NCBI GenBank assembly: GCA_021613535.1
Contig: CP075493.1
Span: 7,564,001 to 7,628,000, forward strand
DNA from: Adineta vaga
Taxonomy: Eukaryota > Animalia > Rotifera
DNA length: 64,000 nt
Direction of reading: 5' to 3'
Made by a program: the position numbers and the translations under genes. Shown in pieces: positions 12,934 through 26,848 of the stretch (within the stretch, counting starts at the first letter, position 1; every line of letters starts with the position of its first letter). The notes beneath the pieces were generated by a model, which was not told the origin of the DNA, did no database searches, and saw only the letters and a list, made by a program, of their open reading frames with translations.

Positions 12934-15710
12934 ATGCGCGGTCCGAAACAACGCAAAGTTGTGACACCTATCAAAGATAAGGTTTGTACATGAATTTCTT
13001 CTTGGAATCACATATTTTCATATCTGTTTTTTTATTCTTTTTTCATCAATAGAATCCAAATACAGTCATTCAAGAACATGTCGTCAAAAATACCGATGCA
13101 GCAAATGTCTTAGTTGCTGAATATGATGTTATTCATAGAGAAAGACCTAAATCGTGTTGGAAACGTGATTTAATTATACCACGATGGCTTTTATTAACAT
13201 TGGTTTCATTGGGAATTATTGGCATGGCAGCATTTTTAGTTTTTGCAACAATTGTAACATTAAAAAAAGAATCTAATGGTGGTCCATGCAAATCAAACAG
13301 TGATTGTCGACAAGATTTAGGTCTCATGTGTAATAATTATCGTTGTGGATGTGCTTATTCACATTTTTGGAGTGATACGTACAAAACTTGTGAACGACGA
13401 CGAATGATCAATCGAACATGCATCAATGATTCAGAATGTGATATTTTGGCAAATCTACAGTGTTTTAATGTTACACTTACGTAAGGAGAAAAGAATCATC
13501 AGTTTCCTTGTCTGATAAATAAAATCTGCTTTTTCTTTTTTTTGATTAATTTTCAGTAGTGGAGATATTCAACTTCAATGTCAGTGTAAAGCATCATTAA
13601 ATTGGAATGGTATTGCAGTAAGTAGATAAAAATTGAAAATAGAGTATTCAATTTGTTATAATTTGATTCTAGTGCGATTTTCAAGGATTATACAATGCAT
13701 CCTGTATCAATGATGCTAATTGTGATACGACACGATATTTATATTGTGATACTGTAACAGGAACGAGATGTAATTGCAATTCATCGATGTTCTGGAATGG
13801 AAATTTAGTTTCGGGTACATGCGAATATAAACGAACAGTTAATCAATATTGCTATCCATACGATGATAATTGGTGTGATGATACGGGTCCAATGGGTCAA
13901 GGTCTTACATGTGCTCGATATTCGAATCCATATGGAAGTGAATATGGTAAATGGAGTGGTGAAGTTTTGTAAATATAACGGTTATCTTTCCTTCTATTTT
14001 TAGGTGTTTGTCAATGTGGTTCACTTGAATTTTACAATGGCACGGCTTCATTAGGTAATGGCTATTGTGAACCACTTCGTGATTATAGCAAGATATGTGC
14101 AGCATCATCAAATTGCGATTATCGAAAGAACTTAGTGTGCACAAGTAATATTTGTACATGTCCATCAGGTACCAATTATGATTCAACAATTGTTGTCAGT
14201 GCTAGTGTTACGGGCTATTGCACGCCAGCCGCAACTTATTATGAAAATTGTACAACAGCTATTAAATGTAGTACATCCCAAAATCTCTATTGTGATTATA
14301 CTACATTTATGTTGCCTACAGTCGGTCGATGCTTATGTAACACAAGCTGGACATTTTGGGATGGTGTTACCTGTGCAAGTAAATTATCAATTGGTGGTAT
14401 ATGTACAACAACTACAGAATGTAATTCTGCGGATGGTTTATTTTGCAGTAATTATACGCAATCAGTTGGCACTTGTGATTGTGATAAAAATCATTTTTGG
14501 AATTATACTTGTATAACAAAACAATTATTCAATACAAGTTGTACGTCATCATATGTATGTGATGATAATCGTGGTTTATTTTGTCAAGGTTTAGGTGGTT
14601 CTCTTTTTCAAAAATGTGATTGTTTCAATATCAGTTTCACTTGGGATTCATTATATGTTACAAATCGTTCAAAGACTTGTGTACAGAAAATGACCTATGG
14701 TCAATCGACATGTTTTGGTGATCTTGAATGTCAAGATTATAATTATCTTTATTGCTATAATGGTACATGTAAATGTAGTTATACGGATTATTGGGATGGC
14801 AGTATATGTCAAGCGAAACATAATTATTCAGTTTCATGTCTCAATACAACATATTGTCGAGATTTTTCACCGGTAAATTTGGTATGTGAATTTACTACTC
14901 TATCAAGTCCGCCGTCATATTTATGTATCTGTAATTCCACTGCATATTGGGAAGTATGTACACAAACATGTCTTACTGCGAAAAAAGTAGGAAATCAACA
15001 TAAATTTATCTGATAATTTGATTTCATTTATATATCGTTTCTGTTTAGCGTCATCAAGCGTGTACATTAGTATCAAATTGTACAACTAATGAATGTGATA
15101 GAAATGCGAATTTACAATGTTTAAATGATACAGTTTCAAATCAATCAGTATCTGGTTGGTGGTATGTATTAAAGATTTGTTTGATGAAAGAAATTATTAT
15201 GAAAATATCTATTTGTTTCTTAGTAACTGTACTAGTATTCAATGGTGGAATGGAACATACTGTCGTGATAAAGGTTTACCATCATGGGGTGTTAATGCAA
15301 GTGCTGCATGTAATGCAACATATCAATGTGCTGATTACAATTTAGTTTCATGTCCATTCGGTTCAAGTTCGGTAACATCAGTTGCTACATGTGAATGTGC
15401 TACAACAAAATATTGGGTATGTCAATCAATTATATGATGAAATTCAAATGATTTTCTTTTTTTTTTGAATATTTTCTAGAATGGCATTACTTGCATAGAT
15501 CGAGTACTACTGGGCCAGCCTTGTATAGATTGGGCGATTAATCCTGTGAATACGTCAACATGTCTATCTGCGGCCGGAGCAGGGTTGCTATGTAGTCATG
15601 CGGTTAATTATACGAATGGGACATATTCTGGGACGTGTTATTGTCCGAGTGGCACGAACTGGAATGCAACATTTTCTATATGTGCCGCTCCACCTGTTAC
15701 ACCAGGCTAA
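12934..15710 (+). CDS. Type II membrane protein with tandem Cys-rich EB/EGF-like repeats
   Basis: MRGPKQRK start and signal-anchor WLLLTLVSLGIIGMAAFLVFATIV. Repeats of C..C...L.C...C.C....(F/Y)W....C. Ends CAAPPVTPG* at 15708-15710. Confidence 0.8.
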
Positions 15711-16260
15711 CAAAATTGTAAAAAAAGTTTTCGTAATCATTTTGGCGTTTTTTATTCAAATGAACTTAATGAAACTTTACATGAATATATGCGCTTTTAA
15801 ATATGATATGCGTGTGACATTTTTCTAATTGAGAATTTTTTTTGTATTGCATTGAAGAATCTGAGAGACTTTTTCAAATAAAATCTCGTTTAAAATGTTC
15901 TTAAATTCATGAAGAATTGATTTTGTTTTTATTAATAAAGACGAACAAACATCGTTTTAATTCTCTTCTGTAAAAACCCGTTAGTTAAATAGTAGAATAT
16001 ATTCAGTAACATTCACTGCCCTCTACTCTTCTCTCTTTTGATTAGTTTAAATAACTAGACATTTTCATTCTAATGGACAAAAGTGTGAGATATCCATTCC
16101 ATTCCCTGACAAACGAGAGGAAAAAAGCAGTTGGACGACGTTTGAAAATAAATGTAAAATAAAGTATATTTTCGTCGCATGTAATAGATAGCGAATGAGT
16201 ACGTTGATTTCGTATGAATGATTGATTTATTTCAAAAGGAATATTTTACATTCTAGAATT

Positions 16261-19200
16261 ATGACAAGTCACGTACATCAAATGTTACTTTGGTTAAAAG
16301 CATTTAAAACGGTCTGGTTACTAGAAAATATTCAGGAAGATATTCATCTACGTGAATTAATTATAGCAAAACTTAGTGAACTTGAAAATTTAATCAATGG
16401 TAATTCACGAATATCTGTTGGAGAGCGAATAGAAAATTCAATTCATTCTCTGTTTTTTTTTACATAGTCAATATTGAAGATGAAGAAGAATATTATCGTG
16501 CTAAATTACTCTACGATCATAGTTCAAGTAATAGTGATACGGAACAAATAACGTCTGATTTAATACCAGCTGTTGAAAATGTCAGACTTACATCTACAGA
16601 CAATCGAAATGATGAAGAACAAGCAAGACAAGCTTTGTTAGAAGACAGTGATAATAGTGATATTGAACAAGAAGTTGAAAGTATCATTCGACCAGCGATT
16701 TGTTTGAAACGTATTTCTCAACAGGATGCTGAACTTTATATGCCATTAGCATGGAGAAATGGTAAATTATAAGTTAAAATATTATGTTTATGTATATATA
16801 AATTCATCTCTTTAGAAGATTTCAAAACATCTACTGAAAAAGGCTCTCGAACGAAGCAATCGAGCACACCAACAAACAGTAATGATGGTAAATATAATGC
16901 TTTTTATTCATTCAGTTCGAATGTCATTTTCAATTCTAGCTGCTGGTAATTCGAATACATTTGAAAATATAACTAATAATGAAAAATCATGTAAACGAAG
17001 GTCACACACATCTGATAATGATCAAATTGATAAATCATCAAAAGCACGTAAAAACAATGAGACGTCAACAACGAGTTCAACATCTGATGATGATGATGAT
17101 TATACTATTAAATATCGAACAAGAAGACAATCAATCTCGAATAAAGTCGATAAAACACCAAGTAAATCACATCGATCGAGAAGAAATTCACATCGAAAAA
17201 AAGAGGTTATTATTAATTATAATTCATCACCTGAAGAAAACCAAGTGCTCTCGGATCATTCTGTTAATGCTGATGGCGATCAAAATCTAATGGATAATAA
17301 TAATGAATCAGAAAATCATGATCAAGAATCTGAAATGCCCTTACGTGCAACATTGTCCGAGAAACTGACGAAAAAAACTAATAATGAAACAAATAATGTT
17401 GTAGAAAACATATCAAATGATGAAATGAATCCACCATCAGCATCCGAATCCGATCATGATCGGTAAATATTTACAATTATAAATGTAAAAAGATTCTTTG
17501 AAACAATATGTTTAGATCAATCGTGAATGTTACATCCTATAGTCATTTACTTAATCAATCTAAATCATTATCAGAATCTGAAGATGATGAAAATCCAAAG
17601 ACGAAAAAGTCATCGAAAACTTCCAAACGTGTATTACCATCATCACCAAATTCAGATGTATCAACTGTAAAGTACAAAAAGGCAAAAACTGTGATCAAAC
17701 ATCGTGCTGATTTATCATTGTCTACTGATAATAGCGACAATGACTCAGTATGTATAATTATTTCATTTTCTAAGGAAAAAAATTCATCAGAAATGTTGTT
17801 ACGCAATAAATTCTAGAGGTAAGCATTATAAATACATCATTTTCTCTACTGTAGACTTCAACAGTTGAGGAAGCTACAACTTCATCTTCACGTCGAATTC
17901 GAATTCAACGTTCATCTTCCGAAGAATCCAATGTTAGCAATGAAATACTTTCTAAAAAGTCCAACGATCGACGTAAAAAAGCAACTGTTTCCAAGAAAAA
18001 AAAGAAAAAGTCCTCATCATCATCAACAACAACGAGTGATGACAATGGAACTAATCGGTCAAAATCTAAAAAATCCAAATCGAAATTATCTGATGATGAT
18101 AGTGATGAAAGTTCTGATGACGAAAATAAATCTCCATCAAAACGAAAACATGGTCGAAAAAATATACGTAAAATTCTTGATGATAAAGAATTAGATATTC
18201 AAACAAAAGATGCGATTGAAGCTGAACAAGAACGTCGTAAACGTATTGCTGAAAAACAAAAAGAATACAATGAAACATTACTTGAACAATCTTCATTTCA
18301 TTCAAATAATGAAGCTGATCAAACAAATCATCGACTTATTCTTGAATTAGATAAAATAACAAATGAACCGTTAATTGAAGTTTCACCTGCTCTAGTCGAA
18401 CAACTTAAACCGCATCAATGTGAAGGCGTACGATTCTTATGGAATAATGTTTTCGAATCGATCGAAGCAATTCAAAAGAGAAAACATAATGGAAATGGTT
18501 GTATTCTTGCACATTGTATGGGTTTAGGAAAAACATTACAAATTATTAGTTTTATTCACACAATTTTTAACTATGATCAAGTAACAAATGTTAAAACATG
18601 TCTTGTTCTATGTCCAATTAATGCAGGTAAGAATAACTTTGATTGTGAATTAGAAAAAAATGAAAAGATTCGTTGAATTAATCTAGCACTTAACTGGTCA
18701 AATGAATTTGATCATTGGTTAAAAAATATTGAACCACCTGTTGATCATTATCAACTAACAACAATCAAAACAAATTTACGTGCTAGCCATTTGAATTATT
18801 GGTATGAAAATGGTGGAGTTATGATTATGGGCTATGAAATGTATCGACGATTGGCAAATGGTTTTGGAATTAAAAGTAAAAACGCAAAAGCAAATGCATA
18901 TAGATGTCTCGTTGATCCTGGACCGGATATTGTTGGTAAATAGTTAATAAATGGGTTTTAAAAATGATCATTTCGAAAACTTTTATTTGTAGTTGCTGAT
19001 GAAGGACATATTTTGAAGAATGCTCAAACTGCTTTAGCAAAATGTTTATCGAAAATTAAAACACTCCGTCGAATTGTTTTAACTGGTACACCATTACAAA
19101 ATAATTTAATTGAATAGTAATGAACTGTTTTTTTTTCCGTCGTTTCATTTCATATTTTGATTTATTGATTTAGTTTTTGCATGGTCTCATTTATAAAACC

Positions 19201-22200
19201 AAAACTTCTTGGTACACAATCCGAGTATATCAATCGTTTTGTTAATCCAATTCAAAATGGTCAACATCGAGATTCGAATGAAGATGATGTACGTTTAATG
19301 AAACGACGTGCTTGTGTTTTACATGGATTATTAACTGGTTTTGTTGATCGAAAAGATTATTCATTATTACAAGAATATCTTCCACCGAAATTTGAATATA
19401 TTATTAATATTCGATTAAGTGATTTACAATCTGAATTATATGAAATTTATTTGAAAAAACATGTCAATCAAGAACAACGTTCATTGGTATCGAAAAAGGA
19501 TTTTAAATCTGCACAATTATTTGCTGATTATCAATTTTTACAAAAGATTTGGACGTAAGAATAATAGAACAAAATATATTCATGAAAATTTAGTACTTAA
19601 TTAAAAATATTTTATTTCTAGTCATCCATTTTTACTGTATCCACATTTTATTGATCGATGGAAAAAACAATTGAATGTTGATGATGATGATGAAAGTGTG
19701 ATTGATGATAATGAATTAGAAATCATATATACAGATGATGAAGATGATATGGAAGGAAATAAAAAAACAAAAAAGAATAAATCAGAAACAACAATAAAGC
19801 AGGTAAAGTTCAATACTCTTACAATCAAAATCGATTTTCTATACTTTTTAGAAAATTTTTATAAGGTTAAATACATATATTTTCTAGAAGCAATAACATA
19901 GACATTTAAATATTATGGTTAAGTTGACTGATACGACGTAGTACTAGGATAAAGGGATTTATATTGTGAGAATGAATTAACAAATTTGTTTGAATAGACT
20001 TGAGGGTGTGGGTGTATACTATGTTGACAATTTCGTAATATTCTGTGTCGATTGGAGCGGTAGAATTCAATCTTGAATAACATCTATACTGACATTCTAT
20101 TCATCATTGTTCAATTGTGACGTTCCATTTTGTATACAATGAGTACATTCTAAAATGATGCCTTATTCTTTTTTGAATAAAATTCATCAACATAGATTGA
20201 TCTTTTTGTTTTGTTTTCAGCCAGAAGTACATACGAGTTATAGTGGATTTTTAATTGATAATATTGACGATGAAATTCGGCCAACTACATCAAACTTCGA
20301 TCAACCTCCTCTGTCGAATGCCTCGACAACATCAACCATTGATTCTACTTCTGTAGACAGTATTGATGATAATCCATCGAAGGAAACAAAAACTAATTCA
20401 AAATCTGACAATAGTGATGATGATATTGAAATTATTCGAACATATCCCACTCGTAGTCGAGCAACAACAACAACTACTGATAAACAAAATGCTCAGTCTT
20501 CAAAAGCAACTGATTCGAATATATTTCATACAGAAAACGAGCAAATTCCAGCAGAAGAATCCGTTTTAAATACTACCGATCCATGGTTAGATGCAATGCG
20601 TGAACAATTTTGGTTTCCACTATTAGATGCTATACCTGAAGAAAATCGATTTGATCTTGAATTAAGTGGAAAATTTCTTATTCTAAAATTTATTCTTGAT
20701 AAATGTTTTGAAATTGGTGATAAAGTTCTTCTCTTCTCACGAAGTCTATATACATTAAATCGTATTGAAAAATTTCTCCAACATATACAAATTCAAAATG
20801 AAAAAGAATATCTCAAACAATGTGAATCTCGACGACAACTACGTGAACTTCTTGCATCGGATGATAATAGTGAACCTATGCCAAATGAAACTATTCCACA
20901 ACCAATTGAATGGAAACGTGATTATGATTATTTTCGTATGGATGGTCAAACAGAAGTAACAGCAAGAAAACGTTATGCTAAAACATTTAATGATGCATCG
21001 AATTCACGTGCTCGATTATTTCTTATTTCAACATTAGCCGGTGGAATCGGAATTAATTTAACTGGTAGTAATCGTGTGATTGTATTTGATGCCAGTTGGA
21101 ATCCTAGGTAAAGAATCTTTTCGATTCAAACAACAAGTTGATCATAATCAAAACTCATATTTCTCATGAATTTCTTTAGTCATGATACTCAAGCTATTTT
21201 TCGTTCATATCGTTTTGGTCAAAAGAAACCGGTGTATATCTATCGATTTCTAGCACATGGTACAATGGAAGAAAAGATCTATCAACGACAAGTAGTTAAA
21301 CAATCCATTTCTCAACGGTATAGATTATTATTTGTAAAAGAAAGATCATATTATATCATATCATATCGTATCATCTATTCTAGTGTTGTCGATGATCATC
21401 AACTAGATCGTCATTTCACACAAAATGATATTAAAGAATTATATAATTTTAAACGAGAAAAATTACCTGAAGCTCGATCAGCATCAACACTTTTAACAGA
21501 ATTAGGCACTGAATTTAACTATGCCGTACCAAAAGATCACCTTTTACTTGATTTATTATATGAACATAATCGATGGATACATTCCTATCATTCACATGAT
21601 TCATTATTAGAAAATAAAATTGATGAAGGTCTAACCGAAGAAGAACGGCGTAAAGGTAAATTAAGTTTTTTATTCAATTCATTTGTACCGTAGTAATCTT
21701 TTTTTCGTTTGTTTAATATAGCTCTTGAAGAATATGAAAATCTCAAACGTTTACCTGATCAACGTCAACTAGCACTTGAACGTTATCAAAATCAACAACG
21801 ATTAAATGCAATGATTGCTCAACAACAAACAGCAGCAGCAGCACAAGCCCAAGCAAGAATGCAAGATGCAAATTTGATGCAATTAATTAATGAATATCGT
21901 CAATCCATTCATCTACCAAATGGAGTACCATTAGACTACAGTCAATTATTACAATTTGCACATAATAGAGCACCAAATAGAGGACCTGCCATTAATGATC
22001 GAACTAACAATGTAGTTAGAACAGCAACTAAACGTGTACAAAAATCTACAAGTAACTACATAAATTCTTTTGAATAATAAACAATCATTTTATATAATTT
22101 ATTGTAGCAAATACAACTCCAATTTTGCCTCGACCAACAACGTCAAATACAACAGTTTCTAATCCGAATCTTGTTGTACTTGTTGGAAGTGATAGTGAAA

Positions 22201-22229
22201 CCGACAATAACAGTACAAATCCAACATGA
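16261..22229 (+). CDS. ATRX: ATRX-type SNF2 chromatin remodeller, multi-exon, no ADD domain
   Basis: [57 protein letters not shown]...[23 protein letters not shown], and the ATRX/ARIP4-type [20 protein letters not shown]. Confidence 0.88.
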
Positions 22230-22961
22230 AAATTGATTGTACTTTTCTTTTCGTACTTCGTTTTATTACTATGATTATTAAAATTGATCAAAAAGGACAA
22301 GAAAATATATGTCAGATGCTGCACATATTTTATGTCTATTTTTTCCAAATAATAAAACTTTCTTTGTTATGATTGTTTTCTCTCTGTTCATGTTGTTATA
22401 TATTTTTTTCTGTCTTTTTGTTCTTGTTCAGTGTGTAAAAAGAATGCATAGCGAAATTCATAAAGGGTGATATGAGTAAAAATAACATAGATTTTATTGA
22501 TGTCTGAAAAAGTATTTGAAACTATACAATCTATTAGTTCGTGAGAATGATAGATGGCGTAAGTTTTAATATGAGTTGGTTGCACATTAATGATTTGCCA
22601 TGGTATGTCTGACTCCAATGACGATAGATGATACATTTGATAGAACTGAAAAAAGTGTAAATAATAATAACAACCTGTTTTAATTCTTCTATTTGTTTTT
22701 ACTTTTTTGCATAATAGTCTTCTTTTCTTTCTTTTCATGGTGTAAATGATGATACTACAAGATCAATGTTATATGTAATGATATTCAATTGTAATATTTA
22801 TTCGATAGTTATAAAATGATATCTGATATCACTTATCATCATTCTATTTGATCGTTAATTATACTCCTATTGATTTCAATCTTTAAAACTGATAGTAATT
22901 TTATACATACTAAACTAGATAATAGTCTCTGAACAACTTTCATTTGATAATCATTGTTCGA

Positions 22962-24299
22962 ATGAAACAAAAACTATCGATCTCAATTTTTTATTTATGT
23001 AAATTTTTCGCAAAACAATTTGGCATATGTTTAAAATACACTCGTACTACTCTTTGTATTATTCTTCTGATAATCATTTTATTTCTTCTGGATGGTAAAT
23101 CAATACATTCAGTTAGGTTTTATCTCGGTCTTCTAATATCAGCTAATGTACAACATATTCAACCATTACAATGTATATCAGATACGAATCAACTAAATTG
23201 GCCACGTTATGCAAAAGTTGAAAATAAATCAGATTACAATTTAACTGTTGTAATTGTTACAGCACGACCAGAATTTAAACGTTTACCAGCAACTATCGCT
23301 GCTTTATTATGTCATTTGGATTCTCGACGTATCACTGAAGTTATGTTTCTTGTTCCACCTAAAGATGTATCACTTCTCCAACCATATCTTTCTAATGAAC
23401 AAGCAAAATATTGGCCATGGTCTGTCTCATTGCTTTCTGATGATATTCTTTTAAAACATAGCCATACTGTTTCTTATCGTTTACAAATGATGTTTAAATT
23501 ATTTATTGCACAAATTATTCGAACAGAATATTATCTCATTCTTGATTCCGATTGTTTAGCATTGTGGCCGATACATGTTGAAGAATTATTGTATAAAGAC
23601 ACAAAATCTTCCTCATTCAAAGCTATTGTTCAAATGGAAGATAATCTAGGTCATTCTACATGGTGGTCTGAAAGTGAGGAATTACTTCAAATTAAATTAC
23701 AATCATGTGTTACAACAAATACATCATCTATTCCAACGATGGGTGTCACACCAAGTATTCTATCACGAACGATTGCATTACGAACATTATGTCGTCTACA
23801 AAAACTTTATGGTGAAAAAACATTTTTAACGACAATGGCAAAATGGTCCTATTGGCGACTTTTATTTGGTCGAATGTGGACGGAATATACTCTATATTTT
23901 CTAACAGCACGTTGTACAGAACTATTTGATTTATATCATTTTCAACATAGTTCAATAGCATCGTCAAATTCTTTTCCAACATTGAATTTGTATGGTCTGA
24001 GTATATGGGGATTGAGTGATTGGACAACAGATAATCAGAATCGATTGATTGAAGCAATAGAAAAAGGATTAAAATGGCGTCGCAAAGAGTTTAACGAAGC
24101 GAACGGTCAACATATTATTGATAAATCAGCTGCTGTTCATAGTTTATTTACTGTTCTTCAAGGACGACATCGTGTCGATCCAAAATTTTATCATCAATTA
24201 TTCTATCCCTTGTATGTAAAACATTTAGAAGAACAAAATCAAACAGTAAATTTAATGAATATTCTAAATACTATGACAAAAAACTTAATGATTGAATGA
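22962..24299 (+). CDS. Intronless type II membrane protein, DUF6492-like putative nucleotide-diphospho-sugar (GT-A) transferase
   Basis: 445-aa single-exon ORF with an N-terminal TM segment, YRLQMMFKL..YYLILDSD (DxD) and WTEYTLY motifs. Family assignment is from recalled motif similarity. Confidence 0.6.
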   Translation: MKQKLSISIFYLCKFFAKQFGICLKYTRTTLCIILLIIILFLLDGKSIHSVRFYLGLLISANVQHIQPLQCISDTNQLNWPRYAKVENKSDYNLTVVIVTARPEFKRLPATIAALLCHLDSRRITEVMFLVPPKDVSLLQPYLSNEQAKYWPWSVSLLSDDILLKHSHTVSYRLQMMFKLFIAQIIRTEYYLILDSDCLALWPIHVEELLYKDTKSSSFKAIVQMEDNLGHSTWWSESEELLQIKLQSCVTTNTSSIPTMGVTPSILSRTIALRTLCRLQKLYGEKTFLTTMAKWSYWRLLFGRMWTEYTLYFLTARCTELFDLYHFQHSSIASSNSFPTLNLYGLSIWGLSDWTTDNQNRLIEAIEKGLKWRRKEFNEANGQHIIDKSAAVHSLFTVLQGRHRVDPKFYHQLFYPLYVKHLEEQNQTVNLMNILNTMTKNLMIE

Positions 24300-24355
24300 T
24301 AAGATAAAAAATATTTTTACTTTCAAAAATAGATTGATAAATTTCAAGTTTTGTT

Positions 24356-25383
24356 TTAAATAAATAATAAAAAATCGATAGATTGTAGCACAATTATAAG
24401 CATAGACAATGACATGACGTTTTTATACGATAAGTTCTTCATATAAATAGTCGCATTTCTAACACAGCATGAATAGTCCGGTATCGATGATGAAATTTCC
24501 TCTGGAAAACTTCTATATACGATTCGATCATATAATGGTTGTGGACCACGATAATCTTCAAAATAGATATTCTTTCGAAAACTGTCGAATTCACTTTCAG
24601 TGAAGGCAATTGCTACTTTAAACATTGTCCATATAATACCTTCAGTACATGGTGGTGTTGTGAATGATCCTTCATAACGCCAGAAATCATTCAGATGATT
24701 TCCGAACAATAATCCTAGGTTTAAATCAAACAGCAGAGTGCTGTTTACTGCTTGTAAATGTTGGCCAGCGTCGAAATATCTTATCCATTCTTCTATTGTG
24801 GAATTTGACGTTTGAGAAATTGTTGTAATCGTTTCGTTCATAGTCATATTTCGAACACTTTCCATAAATATACCTAGTACAGCTATACTTTGTGTTTCTG
24901 GATTCAAATGAACAAAATGAATTTCGCCTGCATATTTTTTTCCATTACTAAAAGTAAATCAAAGAAATTAATAGGTGCTTTTATCGATGAAAATCTCGTT
25001 TACACTTGATGTTCACTACCGGATTTATAATTTTCTCCCCAATGAAGATGAAAATTAACAAAATGATATGTTCCATTTAAGCCACCTCCTGTTAAAAGCA
25101 ATGGTGTTGAACCATTACCAGCATATCTACCTATAACCGTATGTCCAGTATTTTGAAGTGTAAAATTGTGCGTGAAATTATAAGCTGATGCAAATTGAAA
25201 AGGAGTAAAAGATTGATATGTAGTACATCCTGTTCGAATATTGATTGGTGATTGTGAATGTTTAGCACATGATGGATATGTATCACTCCAAACATCAGGC
25301 CCTAAATCATGATAATTCCACAATTCACAAGAAACATATTGGATGATAGACAGTAATAAAGTTATGAAAATAAACAATTGCAT
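24356..25383 (-). CDS. Alpha carbonic anhydrase, secreted or GPI-anchored type, 2 exons
   Basis: Signal peptide, QSPINI, NTGHT, FHLHW, GSEH, EIHFVH, YEGSFTTPPCTEG and a hydrophobic C-terminus. Confidence 0.93.
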
Positions 25384-25798
25384 GATTATTTCATTCTTGT
25401 CAAAATCAAGAATGACCTAGTAGACTTAATAGTTGAAATATACAGAAAGGAAAAGAAAAGAAATCTTTTACATCACATATATAGAATTCAACATTCATTG
25501 AGTATATATCGACATGTACTAATTGTACAATTTTACTTTTTTTCTATAGAAAGAAAATTATAGTTACTCCCAAAGACCTTTTTGTTATTCTATGTATTGA
25601 AATATACAAAACATGTGGATTGAATAGGTGTATTTTCGCTGTATATGAAAAACTTATTAATAATACAACAAAAAAATAATATGACAGCAACGATGGGTGC
25701 TGATCTAATCAAATAAAATATACTTTTTCAACTAATGCTTACATTTTGCGATGTGAAATTAAGAGTTTTTTACGTTCTATTTTTCTGTATATTCGCTT

Positions 25799-26848
25799 TT
25801 ATTTATTATTTAAGAAAATAATAAAAAAAGATATAGTAGAAATTACTAAGAAGACGTTCAATGTTATCTTATATGTATCACTTGAACAACGATGAAAATC
25901 TGGTATTGTAGAAATAGTTTCTTTTGGAAAACTTCGATACACTACTCGATTATAGAGCGGTTGTGGACTACGATAACCATGAAAAGTAATCATTTGTCGT
26001 AAAATATTAACATTTTGTTCACTAAATGCAACAGGTATTTTAAATACTGTCCAAATAATACCTTCAGTACAAGGAGGCGTCGTTAGTGAACCTTCATAAC
26101 GCCAAAAATCATTCAATTGATTGCCTATTAATGACATTAAATTCAAACGAAGAACAGTAGAATTCTTCGTTTGTTCTAGACTTTCAGCAGCAAGAAAATA
26201 CCTTTTCCACTCATTCAATGTTTTATTCGGAGTTTGAATGAGATCATTATTTAGTGAAGATAAAATTATTTTTTCATCGGTTTTTAGATCATAACTACTT
26301 TGTATAAAGAATCCAAGAACAGCTGATTGAGATGTTTCAGGATTTCTATGAATAAGATGAATCTCGCCTGTATATTTTTTGCCATCTCTAATAAAAGATA
26401 AGAATAGAAGCTCTTTGTTTAAATCGATTAATCAATAAGAATTTCCTTACACTTGATGTTCACTACCGGATTTATAATTTTCACCCCAATGAAGATGAAA
26501 ACCAACAAATTCAAAGATTCCATTTAGATTACCTCCTGATAATTTCAATAATGATGAATTTCCGCTAGCAAAAGTGCCAACAATCGTATGGCCATTATTC
26601 GAAAGTATGAAATCATGTGCTCGATCATATGCGGATGTGAAATTAAATGGTGTAAAAGATCGATAACTAGTGCAGGCTGTTTGTATGAGAATTGGTGATT
26701 GAAAATGTCCATTACATGACGGATATGTATCACTCCAAACATCAGGTCCTTTGCTCTCATAATTCCAATCGGAACCAGAAGTTAACTGAATAATACTTGT
26801 CGATAATAAGGTAATAATAAACATCTGTAATTTGCAATGCAATTTCAT
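25799..26848 (-). CDS. Alpha carbonic anhydrase, tandem paralog, 2 exons
   Basis: Signal peptide, QSPI, NNGHT, FHLHW, GSEH, EIHLIH, YEGSLTTPPCTEG and a hydrophobic tail. Confidence 0.93.

Noticed and set aside
19990-20150. Telomerase RNA or RNase P/MRP in the ATRX intron
   Set aside because: The template-like CACCCACACCC is on the minus strand while the G-U-supported fold is on the plus strand. No RNase P/MRP CR-I or CR-V motifs.
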